Positions 39,385-50,890 are shown, counted from the first letter of the stretch. The stretch: 64,000 bases of DNA from Octopus sinensis (GCF_006345805.1 NC_042999.1:28892001-28956000), one strand, 5' to 3'. Program-made: numbers and translations. Notes: generated from the sequence alone by a model not told the origin.

Positions 39385-40170
39385 GGTAAATAACTTTGAA
39401 AGACTGGAATATCTATAGTTTTCTGTGAGTATTTTGAATCTCCCTCAAAATAAGTTAAGGAACTTACATATTTACAGCTTACAATCACATTCACAATCAA
39501 CTTTAAAACCTTTAATATCTTTCCCTTCTGAGAATACCTATCCTTTTGCCTTTTCCCCTGAGTATTCGAAAATGTAAACAGCCTCTTTATTCCAAGTACA
39601 CTACAGTTTTCTCTGTTGTGGCTGACAAAAAAATCATCTCCAGTAAATTTTTAAAACTTCATATCTACAATTTTCTGTGGAAAACATTTACCTCACTTTT
39701 CTCTTGTTTACTTTGCCCTTAATATTCGAAAATGTAAACATTCTTTTTATTGTAGAAAAAAAAAAACAAACAAACAGAAAAAACACCATTGTTTTTCTGA
39801 ATGGACAAACAAAGGAACACCGAAAAAAATTATTTGTGACCAATTTCGCTTCCTTTCTTCCCTCCCTAATAGAATATGTAAACATGCCTTTTATTGTAAC
39901 AACACTATTAGAAGCACGATAAAATATTAAAGAAGGAAGCACCTGCCAATATATACATACTGCGCAACTACAAAAACTGTAAACCACAGAAAATCTTTTA
40001 AAAAGAAAAGAAAATTCCAAAAGTGAAAGAAATTCAGAAATTAAAAAATCCAACAGAGTGAACATCTCTTTCTCCTAGTATTCTCAAAGACAGGAATATC
40101 TACAATTTCCTGTGAATATTTTAACTCTCCCTCAGAATAAGATGTTAGGAAACTTACATACACAAACCAC
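39385..40170. repeat. Old degenerate tandem/modular repeat
   Basis: Recurring cc(c)t..tattcgaaaatgtaaaca..ctttatt at about 39553, 39712 and 39860; tatctacaattt(t/c)ctgtg at about 39410, 39660 and 40095; 39390-39480 repeated at 40075-40165. Confidence 0.7.
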
Positions 40171-40364
40171 AGATTTTTTCTGTAGTATTTTACTTGACGA
40201 CACACGTGGATGTGTAGGGGAAGATGATGAACCGAATTCGTATATTTTAAATTCGGCGGTACTGATGTTGAATATGATCTGTCTGACACTGTTAGTTGGA
40301 GAGATATGTTCGATCCTTCCAGTGCCTTCGAATTAAATATTTTTAATATTTAATATTGTGAAGG

Positions 40365-40447
40365 CCCATGCTGATGAAGAAAATGTTCGGGAAAAATATA
40401 AATTACATATCCTTTATACCGATCTAATTCCGAAACGTGTATATGGG
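40365..40447 (+). ncRNA. Type I hammerhead ribozyme, slightly decayed
   Basis: Stem I CCCAUG/UAUGGG; CUGAUGA; stem II AGAA/UUCC with a first-pair mismatch plus UCGG/CCGA; GAAAC-GU-GUA; cleavage after 40441. Confidence 0.72.
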
Positions 40448-40644
40448 AAATCTAATATCAATTGATTCTCGTTATTTTTCCTCTTTGCCTTCGTGGATTG
40501 TTTTCGAGTAATTTATTTTTTCCGGAAGTCGCTTTTTAAAGTAGAGGAAATAGCTATGGTTTTTTGGCTTCTATTTCTATACTTGGTTATGTGGTAAAGC
40601 AAATCTTTGCTGTACCCTATTATAAAATATTACTTTAGTTTACC

Positions 40645-40732
40645 GTGAAATGGTCCTTTTTCATGCCGAATTCTACTTGGTGAAATTATTGATTACTAGC
40701 TAATTAATTAATTTTACCCTTTGTTATTATAT
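40645..40732 (+). repeat. Diverged relative of the 582-bp unit (pLTR-like)
   Basis: atggtcctttttcatgccgaattctacttggtgaaatt...ttttaccctttgtt matches the reverse complement of 12825-12900. Confidence 0.7.
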
Positions 40733-41028
40733 ATATATATATATTATTAGTAATTAGGAAACTATAGTTAAAGATTTTAATTTTTCGATAGAAAAAAGTA
40801 CAAAGAAATGCGGATATTCGAAGAAGAAAACGCCAAGTAAAATATAGTTTGCTAAACTATATTGCAAAGACATCAGTAAACAATATTGAATATAAAGTCT
40901 ACTAGAAAATGGAGAGAAAAAGTAGAGTGAAGGAGAATTAAGTTGGAATTAAAGGAAATCAAGGTAGAAGTAAGAGATTAAAAAAGAGTATATAGGAGTG
41001 AAGATGAAAAAATGGATTATGATGATGA

Positions 41029-41029
<1 letters not shown>

Positions 41030-41079
<50 letters not shown>

Positions 41080-41092
41080 CAGTAGTAGTAGC

Positions 41093-41131
<39 letters not shown>

Positions 41132-41350
41132 TGTAGTAGTAGTGTTGGTTTTGGTGGTGGCCGTTCCGGTTGATGAAGAAGAGGAAATTGAGGTGGTGGG
41201 GCGAGGTAAGTGTGAGAACAAGAAGAAGAAAAAGAAGAAAGAGAAAGGAGAAGAAGAGGAAGAAGAAGTAGGAGAGGAAGGGGAAGAAGAGGAAGAAGAA
41301 GAAGAAATAGAAGAAGAACAAGAAAAAGAAGAAGAAGAAGAAGAGCAGGA
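41030..41350. repeat. (GTA)n then (GAA/GAG)n low-complexity tract
   Basis: Directly visible. Confidence 0.95.
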
Positions 41351-41634
41351 AGGCCGGAGATAATTAACTGACCAAGTGCTAGAAGAATTGGCATTCATTT
41401 GAATATAAAGGGGAAACAATTGAAGAATCTTTACTTGAGAAATGCTGCATATAAATAGAGTTGACGAGGGTTGCAATGTATAAATTTGTGGAACACTTTA
41501 AAGTTTACATAGCCATTTAAATGAGGTATCCTAATAGAAATTGCATTTTAACTGCTCTTGATATATTATTCGGCATGGCTCTATGGGTGACTGTATATAT
41601 ATATATACATATATATATATATTATATATATATA

Positions 41635-41695
<61 letters not shown>

Positions 41696-41712
41696 CATAT
41701 ATATATTTATAG

Positions 41713-41751
<39 letters not shown>

Positions 41752-41840
41752 TGTATACATACATATACATATATATATATGTATATATGTATATATATAC
41801 CTATATACATATATATGCACACACGTGTATATATGTGTAT

Positions 41841-41874
<34 letters not shown>

Positions 41875-41893
41875 ATGTCTGTATGTATATATA

Positions 41894-41950
<57 letters not shown>

Positions 41951-42510
41951 TTATATATATGCAGTTGTTAGCGGCTGCAGTCAAATACAGTAATACACCA
42001 ATGCACCATATATATATATAACGGCAGCATTGACCGTTTTCATAACCTTTATGTTGATTCTGGTAAATATTATGGTGATACTGATGATGATGTGAGGATA
42101 GTGAAGATGTGGATGATGGAGGAGCTGCGATATTGCTACTACAGCTACTGATGCTGTGTATAATGACATTTCCAAAGTTTGGTGATGATGAGGAGAATGA
42201 GATCGATGATGATTGAGGTGAGAAAGTTCCTCTTTTTTGTCAAAGTTGATACTAATGCTGATAATTAATAAGCCATCATCATTATCATTACGTCAATAAT
42301 TAATAATAATCATCATCATTATTAGGTCAATCCTTACACTCGGTCTCGAAATTATAATGTTACACCTAAGAACTTTGTCATCGGTGAAGATATAACACAG
42401 GCGTATACACTTTTGTCAGTGACAAATTTTTGACTATGCTATATATCTGTAAGTATTGACGCTTGAAATGATAGATATTGACTCAATGGTATAGAATTAA
42501 TGGCGTTGGG

Positions 42511-42551
<41 letters not shown>

Positions 42552-42700
42552 TATTATTATTATTATTATCATTAGTAGTATTAGTATTATTATTATTATT
42601 ATTCAGTAGTTTTATTTTAATAGCGTGCTTTCACTTCACTACCGAGCGCAGCTCTGTGTGCCTTGGGTATGTGCTGTGATTTGTTGTGATGCTCTGATGG

Positions 42701-44467
42701 TTATTGTATTGAAAGTGTTCTGCGTAGGATGTGTGCAGTGCCTAGTAGTGCAATTTTCTGTATGTTATATGTGTTTGTAAGTCCTGGTGTTTTTGTTATG
42801 TATTTGTCTGAATATTTTTTTATCATGCCTAATGCACCTACTATGATAGGAATTGTTTCTGTTTTCAGGTTCCACATTCTAGTTACCTCTATTTCCAGGT
42901 CTTTGTATTTTGAGAGTTTCTCCATTTCTTTTAGAGACACGTTGTCATCTGCCGGTATTGATACATCAATTAGAAAGCATTTTTTTTCTTCATGATCTCT
43001 GACAACTATATCTGGTCTGTTGGCCTTAATTTCTCTATCTGTGTGTATCGGCATATCCCAGAGTATGGTTGCTTTCTCGTTTTCTGTGACCTTTTCTGGT
43101 GTGTGCCTATGCCATCTTTTTTCTGTTGTTATTCCATAATGTTGGCATAGCTTCCAATGTATGTAGGTTCCAACTCTGTCATGTCTGTGAATATATTCCT
43201 TCTTAGCCAGGACTGGGCAGCTAGAGATAATATGATTTATTGTTTCTTGTCCATCTCCACATATTCTGCAGTTACTTGTAATATTTCTTTTCATTACATG
43301 TTTTTGGTAATTTCTGGTGGGGAGGCTTTGGTCTTGAGCTGCAATTAAAAATCCCTCCGTTTCTGCTTTGAGTCCTGAGCTTCTCAACCATTGCTGGGAT
43401 TTTTCTTTGTCTATTTCTTTTGCGTTTAATTTAGTGCAGTATTTACCATGAAGGGGCTTTTCTTGCCATCGTTTTATCATGGCTCGTTGCTGTTCTATTT
43501 TTAGTTTGGATTTCATTTGTTTTATAGCTTTTGTTGTTTCTTCATCATCTTCTTCTTCTTCTTTGTGTTTATTAGGTGGTATGATTTCTTGTTTGTATTT
43601 GTCAGCTTCCTTAAATACTGAGAACAGTTTTTTGTTTTGCTCGTGTTTTGCTGCTATCTGGATCAGTTTTCCTTCCTTCTGAAGTAGGTATTTTTGCAGT
43701 CCTATGGTGGTTATTTTATAGTAGTTTTCCAGCTGTATAAGGCCTCTACCACCTTCTATACGTTGTATATATAGTCTTTCTATGTCAGATTGCGGGTGAT
43801 GCATCCTAGATCCTGTCAGTATTTTTCTTGTTTTCCTATCTATTTTGGACAGTTCATTTCGTGTCCAGTTAAGGATATTGTAGCTGTAACCTATAACTGG
43901 GACAGCTAATGCGTTGATACTTATTATCTTGTTTTTAGCATTGAGCTCTGTTTTTAGTATTGATCTAACTCGTTTATAATATTCTTTTTTTATTTTCTCT
44001 TTCATTTGTGTGTGTTGTGTCTTATCTAGTTCATGGATTCCTAAGTATTTGTAAGTTTGGCTTTGGTCTAATTCTTTTATTTCATTGGTTTTATCTAGTG
44101 TGATGTTGTTACTCTTAACTAGTTTTCCTCTTTTCATGGTTACTTTGGCGCATTTTTCTAATCCAAATTTCATATCTATTTCTTTGGTAAATCCATGAAC
44201 TGTCTTTAATAGTGTTTCCAGCTGTTTGTCATTTGCAGCGTATAGTTTTAGGTCATCCATATATAAAAGATGGCTGATCGTTTTGCCGTAATATTTATAT
44301 CCGCATCCAGTTCTGTTTAGCATATCAGATAGAGGTGACAGTGCCAAGCAGAAAAGGAGTGGAGAGAGCGTGTCTCCCTGGAATATTCCTCTTCTAATGG
44401 GGATGTCTTTGGTTTTCATGAGTCCCTCTTTTGTTTGGAGGTGTAGGACTGTTTGCCATTTATTCAT
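42701..44467 (-). CDS. R4/Dong ORF C-terminal 588 aa: RT (QGD, YMDD), CX2CX8HX4C, PD..D-type restriction-like endonuclease
   Basis: GIFQGDTLSPLLF, HLLYMDDLKLY, CRICGDGQETINHIISSC, RHDRV, NRPDIVV...LIDVSIP and EKLSKYKDL; likely a pseudogene segment because of the upstream frameshift. Confidence 0.92.
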   Translation of the reverse strand: MNKWQTVLHLQTKEGLMKTKDIPIRRGIFQGDTLSPLLFCLALSPLSDMLNRTGCGYKYYGKTISHLLYMDDLKLYAANDKQLETLLKTVHGFTKEIDMKFGLEKCAKVTMKRGKLVKSNNITLDKTNEIKELDQSQTYKYLGIHELDKTQHTQMKEKIKKEYYKRVRSILKTELNAKNKIISINALAVPVIGYSYNILNWTRNELSKIDRKTRKILTGSRMHHPQSDIERLYIQRIEGGRGLIQLENYYKITTIGLQKYLLQKEGKLIQIAAKHEQNKKLFSVFKEADKYKQEIIPPNKHKEEEEDDEETTKAIKQMKSKLKIEQQRAMIKRWQEKPLHGKYCTKLNAKEIDKEKSQQWLRSSGLKAETEGFLIAAQDQSLPTRNYQKHVMKRNITSNCRICGDGQETINHIISSCPVLAKKEYIHRHDRVGTYIHWKLCQHYGITTEKRWHRHTPEKVTENEKATILWDMPIHTDREIKANRPDIVVRDHEEKKCFLIDVSIPADDNVSLKEMEKLSKYKDLEIEVTRMWNLKTETIPIIVGALGMIKKYSDKYITKTPGLTNTYNIQKIALLGTAHILRRTLSIQ

Positions 44468-44514
44468 AGAGTGCTCTATGAATTTTATGATTGTTGGTGC
44501 TACTTTGTTAATGG

Positions 44515-45186
44515 CTAGTGTTTCGAGGATCCATTGTGGGGGATGCTATCAAACGCCTTTTTGTAGTCAATCCAGGCCATACTGAGGCCTTTCTTCTTTC
44601 TGTGGCTGTCTTCAGTTACGGCTTTATTAATCATTAGTTGGTCTTTACAGCCATATGAGCCCTTGCGGTATCCTTTCTGCTCTTCTGGGAACAGTTTGTT
44701 TTCGTCCAGGTGCTTGTTCAGCCTTTGTGATATCACTGCAGTAAATGCCTTGAACATAGTAGGGAGGCAGGTTATTGGTCTGTAGTTTTCTGGTTTTGTT
44801 GTTTCATTTGATTTGGGAATTAAGATGGTTTTCCCCTTCGTGAGCCATTCAGGCATTGTCTCTGGCTCTGCTAGTATGCTGTTAAAGTTTTCAGCCAGCT
44901 TTTTGTGCATTCCTGTTAGATATTTCAACCAGAAGTTGGGGATCTTGTCATGCCCAGGTGCCTTCCAGTTGCTTAGTTTTTGCAGTGCCTGGGTGACCTC
45001 TTCAGTTGTTATGGGGGTCCAAAGTTGTTCAGATGCCGAGTTTGTTATTTTCATACTCCTTTTTTTGGGCTGTTCGTTCGCCGACCATATTTCTTTCCAG
45101 AATTCTTCCAATTCTTCTGCCGTTGGTGCTGCAGTGACTTCTATTTTATTTTTGTCCAGTTCTTGGTAGAACATTTTGGGGTCGGA

Positions 45187-45187
<1 letters not shown>
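44515..45187 (-). pseudogene. R4/Dong RT N-terminal half, one frameshift from the downstream ORF
   Basis: KAPGHDKIPNFWLK, NYRPITCLPT, EEQKG and AWIDYKKAFDSIPH; cac-aa-tgg at about 44535 lacks 1 nt relative to H-K-W-I-L-E-T. Confidence 0.92.
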
Positions 45188-45255
<68 letters not shown>

Positions 45256-45366
45256 GTTGTTATTATTATTGTTGTCATTATTATTGTTGTTGTTGTTATT
45301 ATTATTATTATTATTATCATTGTTGTTGCTGTTGTTGTTGTTGCTGTTGCTGTTGTTGTTATTATT
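45188..45366. repeat. (AAT)n/(AAC)n tract between two R4/Dong copies
   Basis: Directly visible. Confidence 0.95.
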
Positions 45367-47150
45367 TAGTAAGCTTACTTTTATCAAGTGCTTTCCCTGC
45401 ACTACTGAGCACAGCTCTGTGTGCATAGGGTATCTTCTGTAACTTGTGATGATCTTATTCTTACTATATTGAAAGTGTTTTACATGTATGCCGTGTTTGT
45501 TTCTGCTATTTTCTGTATGTTTTATATATTTGTTACTCCTGGCGTTTTTCTTATGCTTTTTTATGAATATTTTATTTTATCATACCTAATGCTTATTCAA
45601 ATTACCTCCATTTCCCGATTCGAGTTACTTCTACTTCCAGGTATTTGTATTTTGAAAGATTCTCCATTTCCTTTAGAGAAACATTGTCATGTGTGGTATA
45701 GATACATCGATTATTATTATTTTAACCAGTAGTTGCGTATCTTTTCGTGCCCGGGTGCCTTACAGCTGCTTAGTTTTTGCAGTGCCTGGGTGAACTCTTC
45801 AATTGTTATAGGGTTTCAGAGTTGTACAGGTGATGTGTTCGTGTTTTCGTTATATTTATTTGAAGAGGTTCCTTCGGTGACCATATTTTCCCCAAAATTC
45901 ATCACCTCTTCTGCTATATGTGCTACATTGATCTCTTTTATTTTCACAACTTTTTGATAGAATATTTGGGGTTCGGAGTTAAATGGTTTGTATTGTTCAA
46001 AGACATACTGACGTTTCTCATACCGCAGGATTCTTTGTGCTTTGATCAAGATATCTTCCCTTCTCTGTTCTTTTACCTGAGCTATACATTGTTCTGTAAC
46101 TTTCTATTTATGCAGTATTTTTCATTCTTCTTTGTTGCTCGAGAGTGTTGATTGTCAACTAATATCATTAAGGATTCACAGATCCTTTCTCTTACTTTCT
46201 ATTTTTTTCTGGATATTATTTATCCATAAAGTTTGTTCGGCTGGTGCTGCTCCTGTTTGGATGGATTTCTATGGTTATTTGTTCTGTGACGGCCAGATTC
46301 ATGTTACAGTTGATGATGCTTTATCGATTTTAATTTTTGGGTGGTGTAATCGATGATCAATGCTGAGACTTGTAGCTTTCAATTAGTTGATTATGGCCTT
46401 TTTTACAGTATCATAATCATTAGTCTCACCATCATCATTTCCAGGTTTTAGATTTGTTTCGTATTCTCTCCCGTTCATATTTTCGTCTGTGGTGTTCTGG
46501 TTTGGTGCATTTTGCTCATCATTATAAAATCCTACGGTCTGGGTCTGTGGTCTTTCGTTGTGTACTTCGTGTTTGTTGGACATGTTACTACGTCTGTCAT
46601 CGTATTTTAAAGTCCTAGTGCTTATGATATTATTTAGTATTCCTATGTGGATACTATATACGTTTTCCTAATGTATTTTTCTTTTTAAGCGTTCTATTTC
46701 TATTTCTGATATCTTTTGGAGATAATATATTACCGTATGTTAGCTAGTTTATTAGGATTAATTGCTGTATCCAAGTCTTTATCTAGGTTATTTTACTTCT
46801 AAATTTTAAATGTATATGTTGTGTTTCCGTTCTGTTGCTTCGCACTGCTGTATGTCTATTTGTGCTGTTTTGATTTTATTTGTGAGACATGAGAAATAAC
46901 GTCCGGCCCTCTATTTTGATGGTCGTCATTTGCGTACTGTGCTACTTCGTTCATTTCTGGTGTTGAATGGTTTTGCACGTGTAGTAATTCGTACTTTTAG
47001 TATAACAAGTTTGAAGTACGTACCTTCCGTTAGTTATTCTTCGGGTAAGTAATACGGGTATTATATAATTTAGTTTTCATTTCTTTTCTGCATGGTGGTT
47101 GGGGACCAACATTCTCTGATGCTAATTGGATCGTAATGCACCAACCGTGT
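45367..47150 (-). mobile_element. Older R4/Dong copy: 3' end (45367-45712) joined to the 5' region (45720 to about 47150), RT core missing
   Basis: 3' UTR homologous to 42620-42700; KTPGVTNI.NIQKIA; then KAPGHEKIRNY, KAQRILRYEK and the N-terminal region; many stops. The 5' limit is uncertain. Confidence 0.85.
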
Positions 47151-47173
47151 AGTATTATTATTATTATTATTAT

Positions 47174-47231
<58 letters not shown>

Positions 47232-47274
47232 GGTGGTGGTGGTAGTAGTAGTAGTAGTAGTGGCAGTTGTGGTC

Positions 47275-47328
<54 letters not shown>

Positions 47329-47390
47329 CTGGTGGTGGTGGTGGTGGTGGTGGTGGTGGTCGTAGTAGTAGTAGTAGTAGTAGTAGTAGC
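47151..47390. repeat. Compound (TTA)n(TAG)n(TGG)n microsatellite
   Basis: Directly visible. Confidence 0.95.
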
Positions 47391-47681
47391 ATTTTAGTTA
47401 TAATCATTATTTCCCTGTGATATTAATGGCACTGAAATTGGAAGTGATGATGATAGCGATAATTTTATCCATGATAATGAGGAGGAGAATGACGGTGACG
47501 CTGATGCAGATAACAAAGAGGAGTACGAAGGCGACATCGAAGTTGACAATACTGATGATGATGGTGACGGTACCGATGATAACAGCGATGAGACCATTGT
47601 TTAAGTCCGGCAGTTTAAAACAGCCGTTGATGGGGTGACTATTATATAAGTTTTTAATCTTTAATCTTTCTTTCTTTTAAT

Positions 47682-48075
47682 CTTTTACTTGTTTCAGTCA
47701 TTTGACTGCGGCCATGCTGGAGCACCGCCTTTAGTCGAGCAAATCGACCCCGGGACTTATTCTTTGTAAGCCCAGTACTTATTCTATTGGTCTCTTTTGC
47801 CGAACCGCTAAGTTACGGGGACGTAAACACACCAGCATCGGTTGTCAAGCAATGCTAGGGGGACAAACACAGACACACAAACACACACGTACATTATATA
47901 TATATATATATACGACAGGCTTCTTTCAGTTTCCGTCTACCAAATCCACTCACAAGGCATTGGTCGGCCCAGGGCTATAGCGGAAGACACTTGCCCAAGA
48001 TGCCACGCAGTGGGACTGAACCCGGAACCATGTGGTTGGTTAGCAAGCTACTTACCACACAGCCACACCTGCGCC
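47682..48075 (-). mobile_element. SINE family A, full length
   Basis: Minus strand ggcgcaggtgtggctgtgtggtaag (A box), ggttcagtccc (B box) through gactgaaacaagtaaaaga tail. Confidence 0.95.
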
Positions 48076-48195
48076 TAATGTTGTAGTAAGAGTTAAAATG
48101 GTTGTAATAAAACATGTTTAAATGTTTGGTTACCTTGTAAAGAAACGAGGAAATTATGTTTACAGCGATTCAAAGACGTAAAGAGTAAAAATGTA

Positions 48196-48919
48196 TAAAC
48201 ATCGTTCTCTTTGAGATGGTACATAGTGTTATCATAGATTATGTGGTATTTAATGCTATTTCGTTTTTAAAGAAAGCTAAAGGATTTCAAGGAGATATGA
48301 CCGATTTTCAAGCAGTGCTTTTCACCACATTGAGGGTTTCTCATTTGAATAGTGTTCGTGCTTTATATGTAATTTACAATTACATGTAATTTACAATTAC
48401 AAATACCTATTTCTGTATTACCCACAAGGGGCTAAACATAGAGGGAACAAACAAGGACAGACATAGGTATTAAGTCGATTACATCGACCCCAGTGCGTAA
48501 CTGGTACTTAATTTATCGACCCCGGAAGGATGAAAGGCAAAGTCGGCGGAATTTGAACTCAGAACGTAACGGCAGACGAAATACGGCTAAGCATTTCGCC
48601 CGGCGTGCTAACATTTCTGCAAGCTCACAGCCTTTTGTAATTACAATTACAAATACCATTACGCGATGCAGTAGTTTACTTTTTGTTTCGATTATTACGT
48701 AATCTGAGTGGGCAGCTTAGGCGACGCAAAATGTACATTGATATACGTATAAAGCACGAACACTATTCAAATGAGAAACCCTCAATGTGGTGAAAAGCAC
48801 TGCTTGAAAATCTGTCATATCTCCTTGAAATCCTTTAGCTTTCTTTAAAACCGAAATAGCATTAAATACCACATAATCTATGATAACACTATGTACCATC
48901 TCAAAGAGAACGATGTTTA
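48196..48919. repeat. 176-bp near-perfect inverted repeat (MITE or fold-back) with a SINE in its spacer
   Basis: 48196-48371 is the reverse complement of 48744-48919 with three mismatches seen. Confidence 0.9.
48408..48632 (-). mobile_element. SINE family B, full length, with ~22-bp TSD
   Basis: Head ggctgtgagcttgcagaaatgttagcacgccggg, B box gagttcaaattcc; TSD tgtaatt(t)acaattacaaatacc at 48385-48407 and 48636-48657. Confidence 0.92.
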
Positions 48920-49424
48920 CTGCATGAATAACTTGCATCATAGGATTTCCGCTTCAGGAACTAATCTAGGGATTGACAAAAGGAATTAGGAAATTTAGCT
49001 AATATTTATCGACAGACCAATTTCCTAATTATTTTTCAAAATAAATATATCCAATACAAGACGAAGTGGCAGAGTGGTTAGTGTGATATGTACAATGCAT
49101 TGGCTTATGTATACTGGCTCCATTTTCTCTGAGTTCAACACCCACAAATGGTAAAATTTGCCTGTGTAGCGAGTGGTGAAATCAATGCAAGTATGCCTGG
49201 TTTCCCGTGGAGTAGTTAGGTGGTGATTCAAAGGTGGCAAATATTGAAAGAGGCCAAAATGATATGCTAGAGGCTGTTGAATCGAATTAGTGAAATGACT
49301 TGAGAAAGATGCCCATAAGATGCTTTGCGAGAGATATGGAATGCATCTGTAAGTTAAAGACAAACTCTTACCACTCTGTAAACCAAGCTTCTGTTACAAC
49401 CTGCACGTAGGACGAATTTGCCAT

Positions 49425-49642
49425 GTAACGTATGTATAGGCCCGGTTTCACGGTTTCAATGGCGTATGTGTTCCGCAGCTTGACTGGACGCCAGTCCATT
49501 GCAGCGTTACTCATTTTTGCCAGATGAATGGACTGGAGCAATGTGGAATGAAGCGTTTTGCTCAAGAACACAATTGATCCAGAAATCGAAACCTTAATCT
49601 TACGATCATGCTGACACCCTAACCACTAAGCCACGCGCTTCC
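49425..49642 (-). mobile_element. SINE family C
   Basis: Reverse complement of the 23652 element (gcgcgtggcttagtggttagggtg...ttgctccagtcc). Confidence 0.85.
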
Positions 49643-49702
49643 ACACACACCCATGTATACATATATATATATATATGTATACACACATGTATACACACCA
49701 CA

Positions 49703-49761
<59 letters not shown>

Positions 49762-49811
49762 TATATGTAGAAAAATGCAAACTGGGACAAGAACGTAAAA
49801 CATTTAGAAGA

Positions 49812-49873
<62 letters not shown>

Positions 49874-49909
49874 CTGTATGTGTGTGTGTATAATATATTA
49901 TATTATATT

Positions 49910-50890
49910 AGATTTGGGAAGGCCGGTTTATGGGGTTACCCTGAGTTTCCCGCTTATAAGGGGTTCAGCCCTACAGCGTATCTTCAGACCCAAAACAGTG
50001 TTGGCTTAAGACCTTTTCAAAATATGGATAGAGAAATGCCTCGTTATAAAAGTAAGCACTAGGTGATTCTCGCGTTCACCAATGAAACACGAAGGTAAAC
50101 GACTGTCTCCCTTCGGCCTTGGTTATTGGTCCCAAATGTAGTGTCGCCTTGCGGATTCCAGTAAGCCAGCAGAAATCTGAAATTCAAGCATGGCCCCAAA
50201 TCTCCGTCCTGTATTTCAAGATTCTCACTTGCACGAACGAATCTTTTAGGATTCTCGAAAGTTCGGCATAGCAAAACTGTCAATGCTTCGCTCCGTTGAT
50301 ATAGTGGCCTGGGTTCTCGAGTATTTTCCATGTAATCGTTTATGGTGTCCCTTGGGCACTTAGTTGCCTGATATGGCTAGCCTGCGATGTTACGTATCTC
50401 CTTCCCGGGACTCTGAAGGTGGACAAATGACTGGAAATATGCTATTTGAGCGAATTCCCAGTGTATCCTACTATTTCTGTGGGAACATGATGTCGGTGAG
50501 CCTGTTACTGTTGAAGGTGCTGCGTGGGAAGAACTGGGAGTCACTGGAACTTCTCTCAAACAGCATCTTTCCATAAAATAGAACTCCCGAACTAGAGTCT
50601 GACTACCAGATGCAACCACTATTTTTCCAAGGACTACTCCGACCGGAGTAGTAGTTGTCATATCATCTGTCAAGGAAGGATTACTCTGATGTGAAATCTG
50701 CGTGTACACGTGCTTATTTGTGTTCTCTCCTCTGCCGATATCGATAGTATTCAATGACCGCGTGTGTGCCGTTGGCGATTTTTTGCCTCCGTCTTCCCTT
50801 CTCTGGATCTTTCCTTTTCCTATTTTTCTGACGAAGAGCTCAGCTGGAAACGTTAAACCCTCCTTCTTTCCTTCTTTCCTGAGCGTCCAA
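49910..50890 (+). mobile_element. Unassigned GC-richer decayed element, possibly a PLE 3' region ending in a hammerhead-like motif
   Basis: Weak FPCNRLWC and GQMTG..L.ER resemblance to PLE endonuclease regions; UUU-CUGACGA-A-GAGCUCAGCUG-GAAAC-GUU-AAA at 50825-50857. Confidence 0.4.

Larger units (their letters stand above)
42602..45187 (-). mobile_element. R4/Dong-clade non-LTR retrotransposon, 5'-truncated, young
   Basis: RT, CCHC knuckle and restriction-like endonuclease, a ~100-nt 3' UTR, and (AAT)n on both sides. Confidence 0.95.

Noticed and set aside
47000-47150. Possible HDV-like ribozyme at the putative 5' end of the older R4/Dong copy
   Set aside because: Only a GGUUGG/CCAACC pairing is visible; I could not build P2, P3 and P1.1 by eye. 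An RNA motif search would be needed.
47417-47638. Acidic Asp/Glu-rich reading frames
   Set aside because: Degenerate (GAT)n-derived low-complexity sequence adjacent to microsatellites.
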